Below are positions 31,788 through 45,600 of a stretch of DNA of 64,000 nucleotides, one piece after another. The position numbers and the translations under genes are program-made. Within the stretch, counting starts at the first letter, position 1, and every line of letters starts with the position of its first letter. The notes beneath the pieces were generated by a model. The model saw only the letters and a program-made list of their open reading frames with translations. It did not search any database and was not told where the DNA came from. This DNA is from Haplodiscus bocki (taxonomy: Eukaryota). The DNA is taken from the NCBI GenBank assembly GCA_965655095.1, contig OZ296656.1, positions 1,736,001 to 1,800,000 on the forward strand, given 5' to 3'.

Positions 31788-32544
31788 ATGAAACATCTTA
31801 TCATAGCTGATTCCCTTGGGAGAAGACTTGTCATGAAGCACGAAGACCTGGAAGTGAAGTTTTTCCCTGGAGCCACGGCATCTTGCCGTCGGGTAATTGA
31901 GTGTTTAAGAAACCTAACAACGTTTTATGAATCAATCATTTTGTTCATCGGGGGAAATGGACTTACAGGCCGGGGCACACGACGGGGAAAGACTCCTGAG
32001 CAAGTGAGTAATTTCAACACAATATCAAGTTGGTTGCGACTGAAAACATTTTAGAATTAGACTGGTTGCAACATCAGGGTGCATTGTGTATGAATTGATC
32101 CGCAGGTGATATTTCCCTGCGAAAATAATTTCCAATTATTAAGCAGAGCTTCAAATGCAACTGAAAATATTTTTTTCCTCCAAATTTTGAAGAAAGTTCA
32201 ACAAAATCAAACGAAGTGCATGTTCAGCTCAAAAATTTTTTGTTAACTCTTAGGTGGTTCAAGACATTATGTACCTCGTGCGTCTGGCCATTCCAAAGTG
32301 TTACACAGTATACTGTCTGGCTCTGGTCATGAGATCCAAACCTTGCCTCTTAGATATCAAAAGGGTTAACGATGGACTCAGAAACTCTGTGGGTCAATAC
32401 AATTTTGTGTCGGTGGCTAGCAAAATGAGCTCCGAAAGGAATTTGATGGATGGCGTGCATTTATCTCGTCACGGTGTTTCAAACTTGATGTACATTCTAA
32501 GGAAAAGAGTTTTGGGTACTGTACTACCTTTTTCTGACCTGTGA
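31788..32544 (+). CDS. SGNH hydrolase, copy 2, join(31788..32003,32254..32544)
   Basis: Same sequence and splice sites as copy 1. Confidence 0.88.
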
Positions 32545-33853
32545 TAAGTACAAGTAACAAAGCCTTACTGACGTAGTTGTTGATTAATGAACGCAGTTTC
32601 TAACATGGTACCATGTTTTTGATTTTTTGGTAATCGCGTGTTTGCTCTCTTTCTTCTATGTTTCCTTTAAAGTATCAACGTTCACCGGAAAGTTGTCGTA
32701 ATGTGGCCGACAAAATTGTGAACAATTGTAATTGTTTAATGGCCATTGTTTTAACAGAGCGTCGCAGAATACGTACACCTGCTCATCGTCGACTGGGGTT
32801 CTGAAAGCAATCACATTCTGTTCCAGCTGAAAAAGAGATAAAAGTGTGGTATTACGCCTCGACGACCAATGTTATGAAGGCTTCCTTCCGTATATTCGAT
32901 ACACCAGTTTTATCATGCAGCAAACAAATAGGAGTTATTGGTTATTTTACTGTGCATACAATTGGAATCGACTGTAAAGTTATCTGAGTGTTTAGATCTT
33001 GTAAGTTCCGAACAAAATTAAATGATTTTTTCGAATAAATGTCAGTTCAACCTATAAAACCCTTGAATTTGTCACTTTGCGTTGTTTCTTCCTGTATGTT
33101 AGTTTCCTTCAGTCACGTTTTTCCATAGACTTTGAGTACTGCTAAACCCATGAATGTTGCTCTTTGTTCGGCGCTGTTTTTATGCCTGTTAATTTTCATT
33201 GCTAATTGAACTGCTTATTGAAATAAAGCATTACCAGATTGCTTCCCCTGAAATAACGTTTTATGTAACTTAGATTCAACTTCATTTGTTGAAGTCAAGA
33301 AACTGCCGATTGTTTTATTTCTCTTGAATTGCTATCATTGTCTGTGCACTGATTTGTTTAATTTTGAAAAGGTTTTCTTTCGTGTTAGAGTGGTTTTCAC
33401 GAAAGAGAAATTTTTATCCTGAATTAACACGTTTCAATTCCCTATAGTCTTTTCATTTACATTCACAGCCGTTAATGATGCGTGAAAGTTCGTTGAAAAA
33501 TGTAATTGTGAGCAAACATAAACGTCATTCACTGATGACTGAACTTTGAAACTGTTGACACGTGAAAAAAAGTTGAAAGAAGTCAGTTCCGCCTTTTGCG
33601 TGGCATCACGTAAAGGAACATGTAACTTTTTTCAATAGAAAACTAGCAAGAAGTTTTTTATCAAACCTTTTAATGTATACTAGCGATTCTCACTGTGACG
33701 TGGAAAATTACTGAAGTTGTATTTGATCATGTTGAACTTCATCTTCCTTGTTTTAATTTTTGAGAGTAATTAGTTCTGCGTCCTGAATAGGTTGACGAAA
33801 TGTCACTGTGTAAACCGCGTTGTATAAGATGATGCTTGAAAAGATTGTTCCAG

Positions 33854-34867
33854 ATGATGACCACCCGTGTAAATACGGCCCAAATAACTGCTCCCAATTT
33901 CTTGCGCAACAGTGAGAACACATATATCCGAGGTGTTGTTTTGGTTTTTAAAAAATTTGATCGTCCCCTACAGTTATTTCGACCGCAAGCTGTAAAAGCT
34001 AAACGAATGAGCCCTGACACAAACTACGATCGCCTAATCATCATCGGCGAAATCGAAACGCGAGAATGTTTTGCAATAATAGCAGATTCTGCGCAGAAAA
34101 GTTCACTCCTTTTTGCTGACCGAAAACTAACTATTGGTGCCATCGTTGATGTGAAAGAAGCTATTTTTTCCAACTCCTGCCTTGGTAACGATCGAACTAA
34201 TCCAATTTTTAATGTGTCTCTTCCTTTAGAGGTAGTTACAGACGACCCGCCAATGGAGCCTATTCCTATCGATTTGAATCCCTCGACGAGTGCAATGTTT
34301 CACTTCTGTCTCCCAAACCGACCCCTTTCGTTTTTGCACGCAATTCCTGTGTTTCCGACTTGTTCCGGTTTTTTGTGCGACAGAAGAAATAGAAAAAACG
34401 AAAGCATTTGCGCATGTTTGCAAAAATCGACTTTGTCAGCGTGGGTCATGTCAGCAAGGGTAATTAGTCAGGACATATTGAGCGAAGACGATGATCCTCT
34501 AACAGGGGATGTTCTGCAAAGTTTGTCATTGACCAAACTTTTTTGTGAGGAGGCTATCATTAGATCGGCATACACATCAATTGACAGGGGACTTTTGAGA
34601 GACGCTGTCATGCGTGTTGCTAACCATGTTAATAGCAATGGTGGGTGGAGAGTGTCAGGCTTCTATAAAACTGCTTTAACAGAAGAAAACATTGCGCAAA
34701 ATGTTCAAAGGGTAAGAATTTGTCGAATCACTCCAGCGATTGAGATCCCTGTGCACTTGAAATACAATGTGATTCCTTGGATTGGAGACAATACAAACCA
34801 GCCACCACGCCTTCTTCACGCTAACGCAAATTTGCCAGCAACTAACAATGTAAACAACATGAGATGA
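33854..34867 (+). CDS. Hypothetical protein, copy 2
   Basis: Same translation as copy 1. Confidence 0.8.
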   Translation: MMTTRVNTAQITAPNFLRNSENTYIRGVVLVFKKFDRPLQLFRPQAVKAKRMSPDTNYDRLIIIGEIETRECFAIIADSAQKSSLLFADRKLTIGAIVDVKEAIFSNSCLGNDRTNPIFNVSLPLEVVTDDPPMEPIPIDLNPSTSAMFHFCLPNRPLSFLHAIPVFPTCSGFLCDRRNRKNESICACLQKSTLSAWVMSARVISQDILSEDDDPLTGDVLQSLSLTKLFCEEAIIRSAYTSIDRGLLRDAVMRVANHVNSNGGWRVSGFYKTALTEENIAQNVQRVRICRITPAIEIPVHLKYNVIPWIGDNTNQPPRLLHANANLPATNNVNNMR

Positions 34868-36148
34868 ACGATTAATTGAAGCAACAAAACTCAAAGAAAT
34901 GTTATGTCAATCACTGTTGTGACATTTTTTACTACAGCTAAAAATTACCTATAGAATCAAGAGAGGTATTACAGACAAGTAAAACAATGTGCCAGTAATC
35001 ATTTAGCAAACTACCGAATGTTGTTTCCATGCAACATCGACTGTTACAAGGCATTCGACCGTAAGGTGTTTGCCCAAAATTAGGAGTTCATTTGGCGTTA
35101 AAGAAAATGAGAGTTGTCGTAAAGTGGATTTATTTTACGTGCATCAAAATGAACTGTCAATTGTTGCTACCATTCATTTGCAGTTAAATTGAGAGTTTAC
35201 TTTGTTTCACTGGACATTTTTATTTATCACAGTTTAAATTGTTTTCTGTAGTTGGTACATATAATGTTCATTAAAAATTAAATGGATCATCTAGAGAAAA
35301 GTTTGTGTGCAGCTCCTTACAACTAATTACCTCAAACCTAATTCGTTGTCCACTGAGACAAAAAAGTTGCTACAGTTATGTAACTATAACATAATTTTCG
35401 CAAATTATTTTACAAATAATTCGGCATTGGAAGAAAAAAAAGATAAGATTTTTTCAAAAATAAATTGGCCCAGAATAAAACTTGTGTCACCAACAGTTTG
35501 CCAGCCCAGTAGTTTACTACGAAATTTCAGCAAAGCTTGATTGCCGCCCCTTCAAAAAGTTGACGGATTTCAGATAGATCAATTAGAAAAACTGACTTTT
35601 TTAGCAGGTTTTTCTTTTTTCTTCGACAAAAAATCGTCATAACCGTCATTATTTTCGGCAATTTGGCCAAAACATTTTTTCGCTGCAAAATTATTTTTCT
35701 TTTGATACAGGTCCCGTCACGTTGTGACGAATGCTCACATCACTTTTTTAACATCAACCTGGGAGAAATGACAAAATGCTCGATTTTGGCCTCTTTTTGA
35801 CAAATTTGAAAGGTCATATCTCCTAGGGCAAAAGGCCCTGGCCAAAAATTTTTGGCATGTAGGTAGTTAACAGCAAATGTGCTTCACACAAAAAATTTGG
35901 GTCCAATGCTATGGGTAAAGTGTGGAGATAATGCGGGAAAAACATCGAAACCTGCCAAAAAACAGGATCATTGCGTCATATCTCCCCAACCAAAAGAAAA
36001 AAAATGATGTAAGTGCCAAAAATCTTCATACATCGGCGGACTCTATCCACATGCAAAGTTTCATCAAAATCGTATGGTTAGGTTTCGAGATCGTCTCCTT
36101 TTCGGCGGGTTGAGTGTAAGTGTAAACTTGATTTTTGAAACTCGGCAC

Positions 36149-36238
36149 AGGGGCCCCTCCCCCGCCTCGTAACAGTTTTGTGTCGCTAAAAAGCTTGACC
36201 ACCCAGTGGAGGCAACGGTGCAATTTACTAGAGGGCGG
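36149..36238 (+). other. Junction signal 3 (core 36196-36214)
   Basis: Same sequence as junction 2. Confidence 0.9.
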
Positions 36239-39200
36239 GATTTTTTCCATCCAACTTTCTTTTTCTGCATCAATTCTGGTGATTGGTCTGCAATTCTAAA
36301 TTAAATTGTTGTTGTTATAAACTGGAAACTGTGGTTTGTTCTTTTTTACGAATCCTTTCTCCAGGCTCAAGATTAGCTCGCACAACGCAGATTCAACTGC
36401 TTTGTGCACGGTTTGTTTCACACCGTAAATGTAGCTATGTTCTGCAAAACCTATGAAAGTTTCTTTTTTCTTTTGAAATTCGTGACAGCAGCAACGAAGG
36501 ATGGCAAACGTACTTTCCGATCGACTTTTTCCCGAAGTCAGCTCACAACGGTGAAGTAACAAATTCTCCATTTTATCAGCTGCAGAATTAAACTATAACT
36601 ACACAGACCTACCCCTGACCGGCTTCCATATCAATGGACGTCTTCAGTGGAGCTCCTTTCCATTCATTGAATCCAGATTTTTTGAAGAAATCATTTGTTT
36701 GCGCAATGAGATGTTCCCGAAGCATTTTTTGCTGTTTCTGGTTGCCTTTCTTTGTGCTTCAGAGGAACAAAATAGGTGTTATGTGCTATTGCAAATCAGT
36801 TTAATTTTTTTGAAACATGAAATTGTACATTTAGGAGTTCTGTACTAGAAAAATTCAACAATAGGAAGTTCTGCGCCAAAACCTTTCATCCAATATGTAA
36901 CTATAATATTCATATCTCGTCCAAAACATATATAGACCGTTTCATGCTTCCGGAAAATAACCAGATGAGAAAAAGTTACTGGCCACATTCATCATTGAAT
37001 TGAGACAGTTGTTTTCATCAAATTATCGTAAACCAAGTATTATGACAACATGATGACCAACTTGATGACGGATCAGTACTATGAAGTCGATTGAATATGT
37101 ACCTTTCATTTATCAAGTCGTAAAAGTGGTATTTTCATTCTCTACATTTTCAGCTTTTGTCAACATAAAACTTGGTTAATGGAAGCACTTTTAACAATAT
37201 CTGAAGGTTACGTGTACAGTTAAAACGCTGCCCCTTCACTCTTGATGTCTTTTTTGAGTGTTTCCGGTTTTAAAGACTTTTTTTCTTTTACATACTGTTC
37301 AAAAGTGGTCGCGTTTTTCACAACCACTTTTATCGGAGTTTTTCGAAAGATCATATTTGATTGGTTCTGACGCATAGATATCGGAGTTTTACACTTTTTC
37401 AAATTAACTTTGAAATGTTGTGTGAAAAAATCTTGTCGTTGTCAGAAAAAATTATCCGCGAACGAGCGATTTATGGGTGTGTTTTATTCCAAGAAGTCTT
37501 GACGAAGTTAGTTTTTGGATAGTGAATTTTTATATCAAATCATAAATTCTTTAAGGTCAGCTCCACATTGCCAATTTCTCATCCCTCATTGGAACCCTCT
37601 GAAGTAGACAGTTTTGGTATGTGATTCGATCGTTTGAACTCTTCATCCTGTGAATCCTGACTCACTGAAGTCTCAACTGATAATGGTCGACATCTTTTGA
37701 TCGCTGTCGATAAATTGTGCTATTTGTTTCGGGTGATTTACTTTACTGACGTTTTTTTGGACGAACAATGCTGGATAATGCTTGTAGAATCGTTGACTGA
37801 CTACTAAGTATTGTTCCAAAATTTCCAATTTACAAGGGGAACTCCACTGTTATCAGCGTACATGAATTGTTATTGTGTTTGATGGAGCATGAGACGCGGG
37901 AAAAATTTGAAAAGTATACAACATAATCGTAACTTTAAAATCATCCCGATTGATGCCAAAGATGATTGCCGTTGAACGAACAGTGTCAACGGGCTCCTCA
38001 AAGCTGAGCGTGTCAATGGTTTTGCTCCGGAAGAGAAATTGTTTCCATTTATTTTTTACCCGTCTACTGCCTAGAAGCTACAAAGTGTTTACGTGCAAGT
38101 TCGCAGACTCACATTACCTATAGTTTTCTAACAAACTTGACAGTTTGTGCTTCATTTCATCGTGTTTTTACTGATATTGAAAGTTCTTCATGTTTGTGTT
38201 GCCTGTGGGTTTCGTTCTTTTTTCCATGTGTTCAACCATTCAATCGGATTTACCATTTTTGGAAGGAAATTCAGGACCGAATGATCAAAACTGAGATCAT
38301 ATTATCGTTAGTTTTGACCACAAAAAATTTGTTTTCCCAACGAAACTGTTTGGATTCGCACGTGTTTTGTAGAGATGTTAGCGAAAAAACATTGCGTGTG
38401 GAAAAAAATTATTGACGAAAACTACTGCTTGAACGTTCATAGCAAACTGTGTGTTATCTTTGGCGTTGAAGTACCACGCGTCTGACTGTGCATCAAATTT
38501 GAGACGCACTTGTAAGCAAACGATTTCTGATTTTGTTCTTTAATTGTTCAAATGAAACTTTGACGAGTTAAAAGTGTAATCATGATTTTTCGCGGGGAGA
38601 AGACTGCCCCTCCTTTTTCTTGTTTCAAAGTTTCAAAAATCCAATCTCTTCTGTGCGATCATGAAATTGAATTTTTTATTTTTAGCAAGTTACATAATCG
38701 CCGTCGATATTATAGATCTAAATTTTATTGATCAACCGCTGCTGCAAGCATTTGTTTTGTCAGCTGACTCACTTGGTTCTGACAGCTTCCATAACCTCCG
38801 TTCCATGGAATGATTTTGGATGCCAGGGTTTTCTGAAGAGAGTGACAGGATTGTGAGAATCTTTCAATCATAGTTACCTAAGTTGTTAGGTTTTTGGGTT
38901 TTTTACAGGAAGATTTTTTTTCCGGAGGGAATTTTCACCTGTTGTCAGACTTCAGTCATAAACTATAGGGCGTAATTTCAGTTTGCCTGATTTAGTAGTT
39001 GGCTCTGGGAAAAACTTTATTTTTACTCCCTTTCTCTCCTGCTCATTTTTCATGATATGTTATTTTAAGTTAACTAAAGTGATAAAGTGCGCATTTTCTC
39101 AAACAGCTTAGGGAATTCGTATAGGTCGCCTCAACACTCATGCGTTCTCAATTGATTTTTCCAACTCAACATTCTTGGCTTTTAAGAACGATTGTGATGG

Positions 39201-39674
39201 GCAATGTAGTCTGATCCCCTCACAATTGGGCAAAAAAAATTGGGAATTAAGCGAACTCGCCGTGTACACAATACTAATTGACGGCAATCCGTAACATCGA
39301 GATATGTTCCACTTGTATGGGTGAACGGAAAAAAAGTTCATGCATACGATTTTTAAACACGATACAAGAGTCGCAATTAACACTAATTACAACGCCGCCT
39401 CTCCGAGTAAAAACCTGTTTGTTTTCTTTCTCTGATAATTGCCTTGGTTTTGCTTCGTTACCTGCGCAAAACCAAGGCCCACATTGCATATGTTTTTCTG
39501 GATACTGATTTCCGAATTAATTAGATGCTTCCCTTAATTGAACAGTTTGAAAGCCGAGCAAAACGATGTCATTTTGTACGTTGGTTCTATAATGGCGCCA
39601 ACTCTTTACAATGTATTCACTATTAAAGATGAGTGATTGATAAACTTTTGCGCGAATTTGCTTGTGAAAGAGTA

Positions 39675-42600
39675 ATGCCATCTGGTAAGAGTGATTTTAA
39701 AAGACGTCGCTGTGCAAAATGTGGACGCTTCAGTGAACGTAATCACTCCTGTCCAAATAACACTGACAATGTTTCTTCTACTAGCGAACCATTAGGAATT
39801 TTGTACAGCATACCTGACAGTAATTTGCTGGTCTCCTCTGTTGATACCCTGCACTTAGAATCAACGTTGGAAGCGATGGGACTGTCCTGTTCCCCAACAA
39901 GCGGCATAATTGTGAATAAAACTAACATTCGCCTCAGTTCTGTTCAACCCTCGCAGAGTCTTTCTATAACGGGTGATGGTAATTGTCTTTTCACTGCTCT
40001 GGGCGTAGCCGTCGGTTTATCTCATGAAAGTGGTCATGATTTGAGGAAACTTATTGTGAGTAACATGGACTCGGTGACTTTTCCGGAAAACAGTTTGCAA
40101 ACCTCAATCTATTCCGCTGAGTTCCCCAACCAGAACAAACTTCTCACCAGCCCAACTGTCAACCACTACCTGAAGACATCGCGAATGGCAGAAAATGGAG
40201 TTTTTGGCACTTGTGTGGAAATTTATACCTTTTGTCAAATTTTTAAATTGGACGTTTATGTATACCACAGTATTTTGAAAAGTTGGCTCGTTTACAAATG
40301 CGACTGCTCAAATGACAGACAAGGAGTTTTCATTCAACAAACGCGAACCAGAGATCACTTTGAGGTAATTAGTGGCTTGACCGAAACATACCACACTTCA
40401 TTACTCCTATCAGAAGATTTTGCTGGTTCGAGTAGTCAATGTGGAAATTCAGCAATGAATACTCAATGCCCCGGAATCCAGAAGACAGCACTTGCAGCAC
40501 TTGATGAAACTGAGCCCTTGCAGAAGCGCAGACGGACTTCAGATTATCCAGTCGCCAATTATTTGATCGAGAATGGAGAAATTAAAACAACTTTGACAAC
40601 TTTTTGTTTGGCCGAAGCTCTTTGTGCTGGAGGAAATACTACAACGCAAAGTAAAGGCCCTCCTCCAACTGCTCTGCAACATCGACAACATCAATTTCAC
40701 AGATTGCCTGGGGACGAGTTAACTGATGAGATTTTTTTGAAATTAACTGAAAACTTTGTACCATCATCGAAACTACCTGAAGAATCAACCGTTGAAATTG
40801 AGTCAAAATTGGTTGTGACAGATACCGTCAATGGCGCTGACATTTGTTGCAAGTGCATGCGGGAAGCCACGGTTTATTTTCCACTGGACATTAAGGCCTA
40901 CAGCAATGCTGGATTGGTTAATAGAAAGTTCGGTAGGAAGCTGAAAAACGAAGTTGTACATCTGTGTTGTTCCTGTTACAGCTATTGTACTGCACCAAAG
41001 GTTGACTGGCAAATGGCTTGGCCAGCTGTTTTTTTCACGCTCCTTTCTGATACTTCCAAGACAGAAGCTTGTTTAGTCGCTATTTGCTCGTTGTTACCGC
41101 TGGAAATAAGGCAACATTGGCTGGGGGTAATAACCCTTTTCCCTATCTGCATCCAGTGTGTTTTAAATCGGCCGCGTATTCTTGGCACATGTACTGTTGA
41201 TGGAACACGGAGATTGGAACGTTTCGAGCAATTAATGAAAACAATGAGACAAAAAGAAATGGCTGAAGCTTTGGACTCTGAACCGTATCCAAACATACGT
41301 TGCCCTTTTGGTTGTTGGACGTTTATCGAAGATCCCGGGTACATACCAGCACAGCATTTTATAAACTTGATAGACAGAACTTTCACATCATTCCAAGCGT
41401 CTGCATTCAAGAAACTCAGAGGCGCTAGACTCGACTTCCTGTGTCCTTTGATGTGCTTAGAGACGTTTCTAGTGGCTGCCACAGTGCGGTTACATGAGAA
41501 AGAAGGTTTGGTTGTGCAAACTTGTTCTGCGCATGACAGGGGATGTGCGTTACAGTTCTTGCATCCCCCCAGGCATCCGGAGCTGGGACGAATTCCAACT
41601 TTGTTTGAGGAACGATTAGCTATTGCATCACCTTCATTGTCGTGTGTGAGTAGCTTAAAGGCTAATTATGCTAGCCACACCTATCAACTGTTTCGGAGCG
41701 TTGGGTCTTATAGTGGTATGAGTACTGTTTCGTTGAGACGTAAACGGCGTTGGAACATCACTAGCAATCGTTTGTTCCAAGCTGAAAGAACCGCCACGTT
41801 TTTCAGGTCAGATATTCCCATTTTAATTAGACAATGGGTTGTTCAAGGTAAAGTGATTGAAGATGTCGCCACTGATCTCTCTCAATATCAGCCGAAAAAT
41901 GAAAAATTGATGGAGCATGTCGGCGTAGATCTTGACACCTGCATTCGATTGACGAAGGTGATGGACAAAAACGAACAAGAACTTTTGAGTAATGTGAAAT
42001 TTCTACAGTGCTACGCTTTGGCTCAACCAAACAATGAACATGGTTGCTCACCTCCTCCTCTGATCAATGATACTGGAGATACACTCTGGTTTCTTCAAGC
42101 GGCATGCTGCATATCTCCAATTTTATGTTCATCCATGGTGTCTGGCGTTAATCACGTTTTGGCAAAAAATATGTTTTCACTGTTGCGTCATACATTTGCT
42201 CGGTTTGGAAAAGAAAGCAAGTTGCAGCGTATTTCAGAAGCTCAAGCTGACATTGACAGTATATTGAATAACGCGGCAACTAACAATGACAACCCAATCC
42301 TAATTTCAAACTTTTTGCAGGCGGGTGGCGTGGTGTTGCACGCATTATGTGCTGACTTATGCCATCTGCAGTTGAGCCAAAGAATAGAATTGACTGAGAA
42401 AATTCTGCGCGACGTAAAAGTGGATACGAAACACGTGATTGCTACAACAACTGATGTAAACAATCTGAGGAACAAGGTCAACCCACCTCTCAACATCGTC
42501 CTATTTGATGTCCAATTTGAGCTTGTGGGATGTGGTTGCGGTTCTCGGGGTACAGATGCTGTAATTTTGCTTCGGCATGGTGGTCGCTTCTGCAATTTTT

Positions 42601-45600
42601 GGCGTATACTCAAAGCTAACAAGTTTGCTGAACCTTTGTTGGACTCACCTGAGACCTTAGTAGAAAAAATTCTACGAGGCTACTGGACGTTTTTAATCTA
42701 CCGAGGAACTAACTCTAAAAAGGTGTCGACTGTAAAGTGGCACTATCTCAGTAATTTAACCGGCCAAGGAGTTTTCATTTGTGACAAACATGATGTTCCG
42801 TTAACAAAGGACTTCCGACGTAGTAACTACTTCTGTCGATGTGGAAGGTCATCATTCCTCAGATGTGCCTACTCAAAGTGCAACAGTTGTGTGTGTAAGA
42901 AACACTTCGACGAGGGAATGAAACATCCGAACTTACGAGTTTTAGTTGCACCTCTAGCAGAACGAAAATTAACGCCTGAAGTACCGAACGCTGAAGCTGC
43001 AATCAATCCCACACAGTGTGAACTGAATTCCAACATAGCTAGTGTATGTGATGAGGACAAAAGCTTTGTTGAACCAGATTTATCCACCAACTGTTTAAGT
43101 CAAAACTCAAGTTCATCGGTAGCTTCTTTTCTGTGCAACAACATGAACGCAAACTCGATCAGCGAAAGTCAATTGGCCATGAATAAATTGAACGTTTGTT
43201 CGGGTGAAAGGGCCATTGTTGCTGTACAAGAGGCTTCCAGAGAAGAAGATTACAATATTCCTCTCCACATACTGTTGAATTCACGATGCAACTTACTGCA
43301 CAGGAAAAGAAGTCATCCCATTTCCCTAACCGTTAAAGAGAAACGTTTTATGGAAAACATAACAGCTTCCTCAACATCATCAACGCCTTTGCTTCAACCG
43401 GAAGGGCTGCTTTTTCCTACTATTTTCTGGTCCCAAAGTTTCGATGGCAGCATTGAAGGTGCAATTCCAATATCCCTGTTCCAATCCGAAAAATACAACA
43501 AACAAGTGGGGTTTGCAGGTTTAGAAAACATGCTGCGAACTCGCATCACTGATGGGTCACTTTTAACCTCCAGTCACGCATCATATCTGCAGTTCGTTTT
43601 TGATTGTCTTCTTAATTTACAACTGAGTAAAACCGATATTCGGATTGTGTTGAACAGAGGCTGGCAGGAATTGGGCAGTAAGCCTACAAATTACCAGTAC
43701 TACTCCGCTGAAACTTTCAAGTTCGATTGTGAAGAATCCCGGAAAAATGTCTGTGAAGTAGCAGCACTTATTAGAGATAAAAACCCCACTTATTTTGTTA
43801 CATACACATGTGGGCAATCTACTCACCCCGGCTTGCGCAAAATTTTCGAGGCTATTGACAAACTTTACCCGCCCGATATGACATCCAAAGAATTGAGATT
43901 ATCTGTAATACAAAGTGAATTAATGCCTATGCTTAGATGTTGGCATCGCGCCTCACAGTATGTAATGCAATGGTTGAAGTGTTCGGCCGAGCAACCTCTG
44001 GGACCAGTCTCCCACTTATGGATGAGGTACGAGTGGCAAGATGAAACTTCGGCCTTTCCACACATCCATGCACTAGTGTGTACAGGAGAAAACAAGTTTG
44101 GTCCGGAAGTTCAATCCCGAGTCTGCTGTTCTAAAGAAACATTCATGGGCGCCTTGAACGATTGTTGTCCAGCGTTATCGGATAGCGAACGGTTCCGGTT
44201 GGGAGAACTTTTCCAAAAATACCAACGGCACGATTGTGGCAAGGGCAAAAATAGATGTAAAAAGAAAACTGATTGGTTGGGAAAGCCAGTGTGTAGAGTA
44301 CCTAAATATCCTGCATCCGTTGGGTTCTCTTACAAGCAAATACAACCTAATTACTCGGAAGAAACTTGGGACTTGTTGAGAGCCATGAAATTGTCCTATA
44401 TTGACCCTAACTCTTCAACAGACAAAGCTGAGGAAGAACTGAAAGCTGGAAAGCATCACTACCCTGCTGCTTACAACGAGCACATTTCACCAACAAATGC
44501 AGCTTTGTTTGCCTTCACTGAAAGTAGTACGAACGTCCAAATTTGTGACGACGAAATGTGTTCACGCTACGTTGCAAAGTATGCTGCCGGCGTGGAAGGT
44601 CGGGCGTTCACAAAAATAGTAGCGTCTGCTGGTGAGGATGAAGTGAAAGTCCAAACGGAACCTATTGTGAACGAAAAAATAGCTGGTGTCCAAACCAGCG
44701 TTACCAAAAAACGTCGGGATGATGATAAACGGAAATCTGTAACAGGAAGAATTGTTAGCATAACTGAATGCTTGTGGTGGGCTTTGCAGTTGCCATACGT
44801 TTGCACAAACGTAGATTTCATTCATGTACCAACAGTTCCGAAAGAGTTCAGATCTGGAATAGTGATAGAAAAACAAATTGCGAGGACGATGAACTTCAGT
44901 GCTGTTTTTGCCGAAGCTGTTCGAATTCGGAAAAACGTTTTGAAGCTTCCAAAACATCGACAATTAACAAGAAATCAAGAATTGTTGTTGGCAGATGTCG
45001 AAGCAAGTTCGATTACGCCTGACAAAGTGACTATTTTTGGCCTTAGACCACCGGAACTTTTGTTTGTCAGCAGTTTGAAAAGTTATTTTAGTTGGTTCGT
45101 TAGATTCAAAATCAACAGCTCGAAAGGGAAAAGTAGTCATGAGATTTTGTTGAGCCGTGCATCGTGTAATGACTTTTGGGTTGATTGTCTTGGATACGCT
45201 ATCAAGATACGCCCACCCGCAATTTCTGATTTTCTTGATTTTTGTTCAACGAGAAGTGATAACCGGAGAGACGAAGTTTTGAAACAGGAGTGCCGCAAAC
45301 ATGTTCTCCCCAAATTGCAAGGAACCAACAGTTGCCCCAGACTGGTGGCGTACAATCATTGTTTTTCAGATCAAAAAGCCATAGTGGTTTTCACAAATAC
45401 TCTACCCAGTAGTCCAACAAAGTTCTTGTTGCATTTTGTGCTAACTTTTGGTTCGTTTGACACCGAACTTGACATTCTCGCAGTTTCCTCTCTCAGGGAA
45501 TCTTTTATAGCTGCCAAACTGGTGGAGCGTAACAACATTACTGTTGCAGTCGTGCTTCAACTAGCTCGCCGCTATCTATTGCAACAGCTCCGGTTTGTGC

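Larger units (their letters stand above)
19301..36195 (+). mobile_element. Helitron-like element, copy 2
   Basis: Near-identical to copy 1 at +16,895, with private substitutions seen at 22838, 23638, 27569 and two near 31038-31043. Confidence 0.9.
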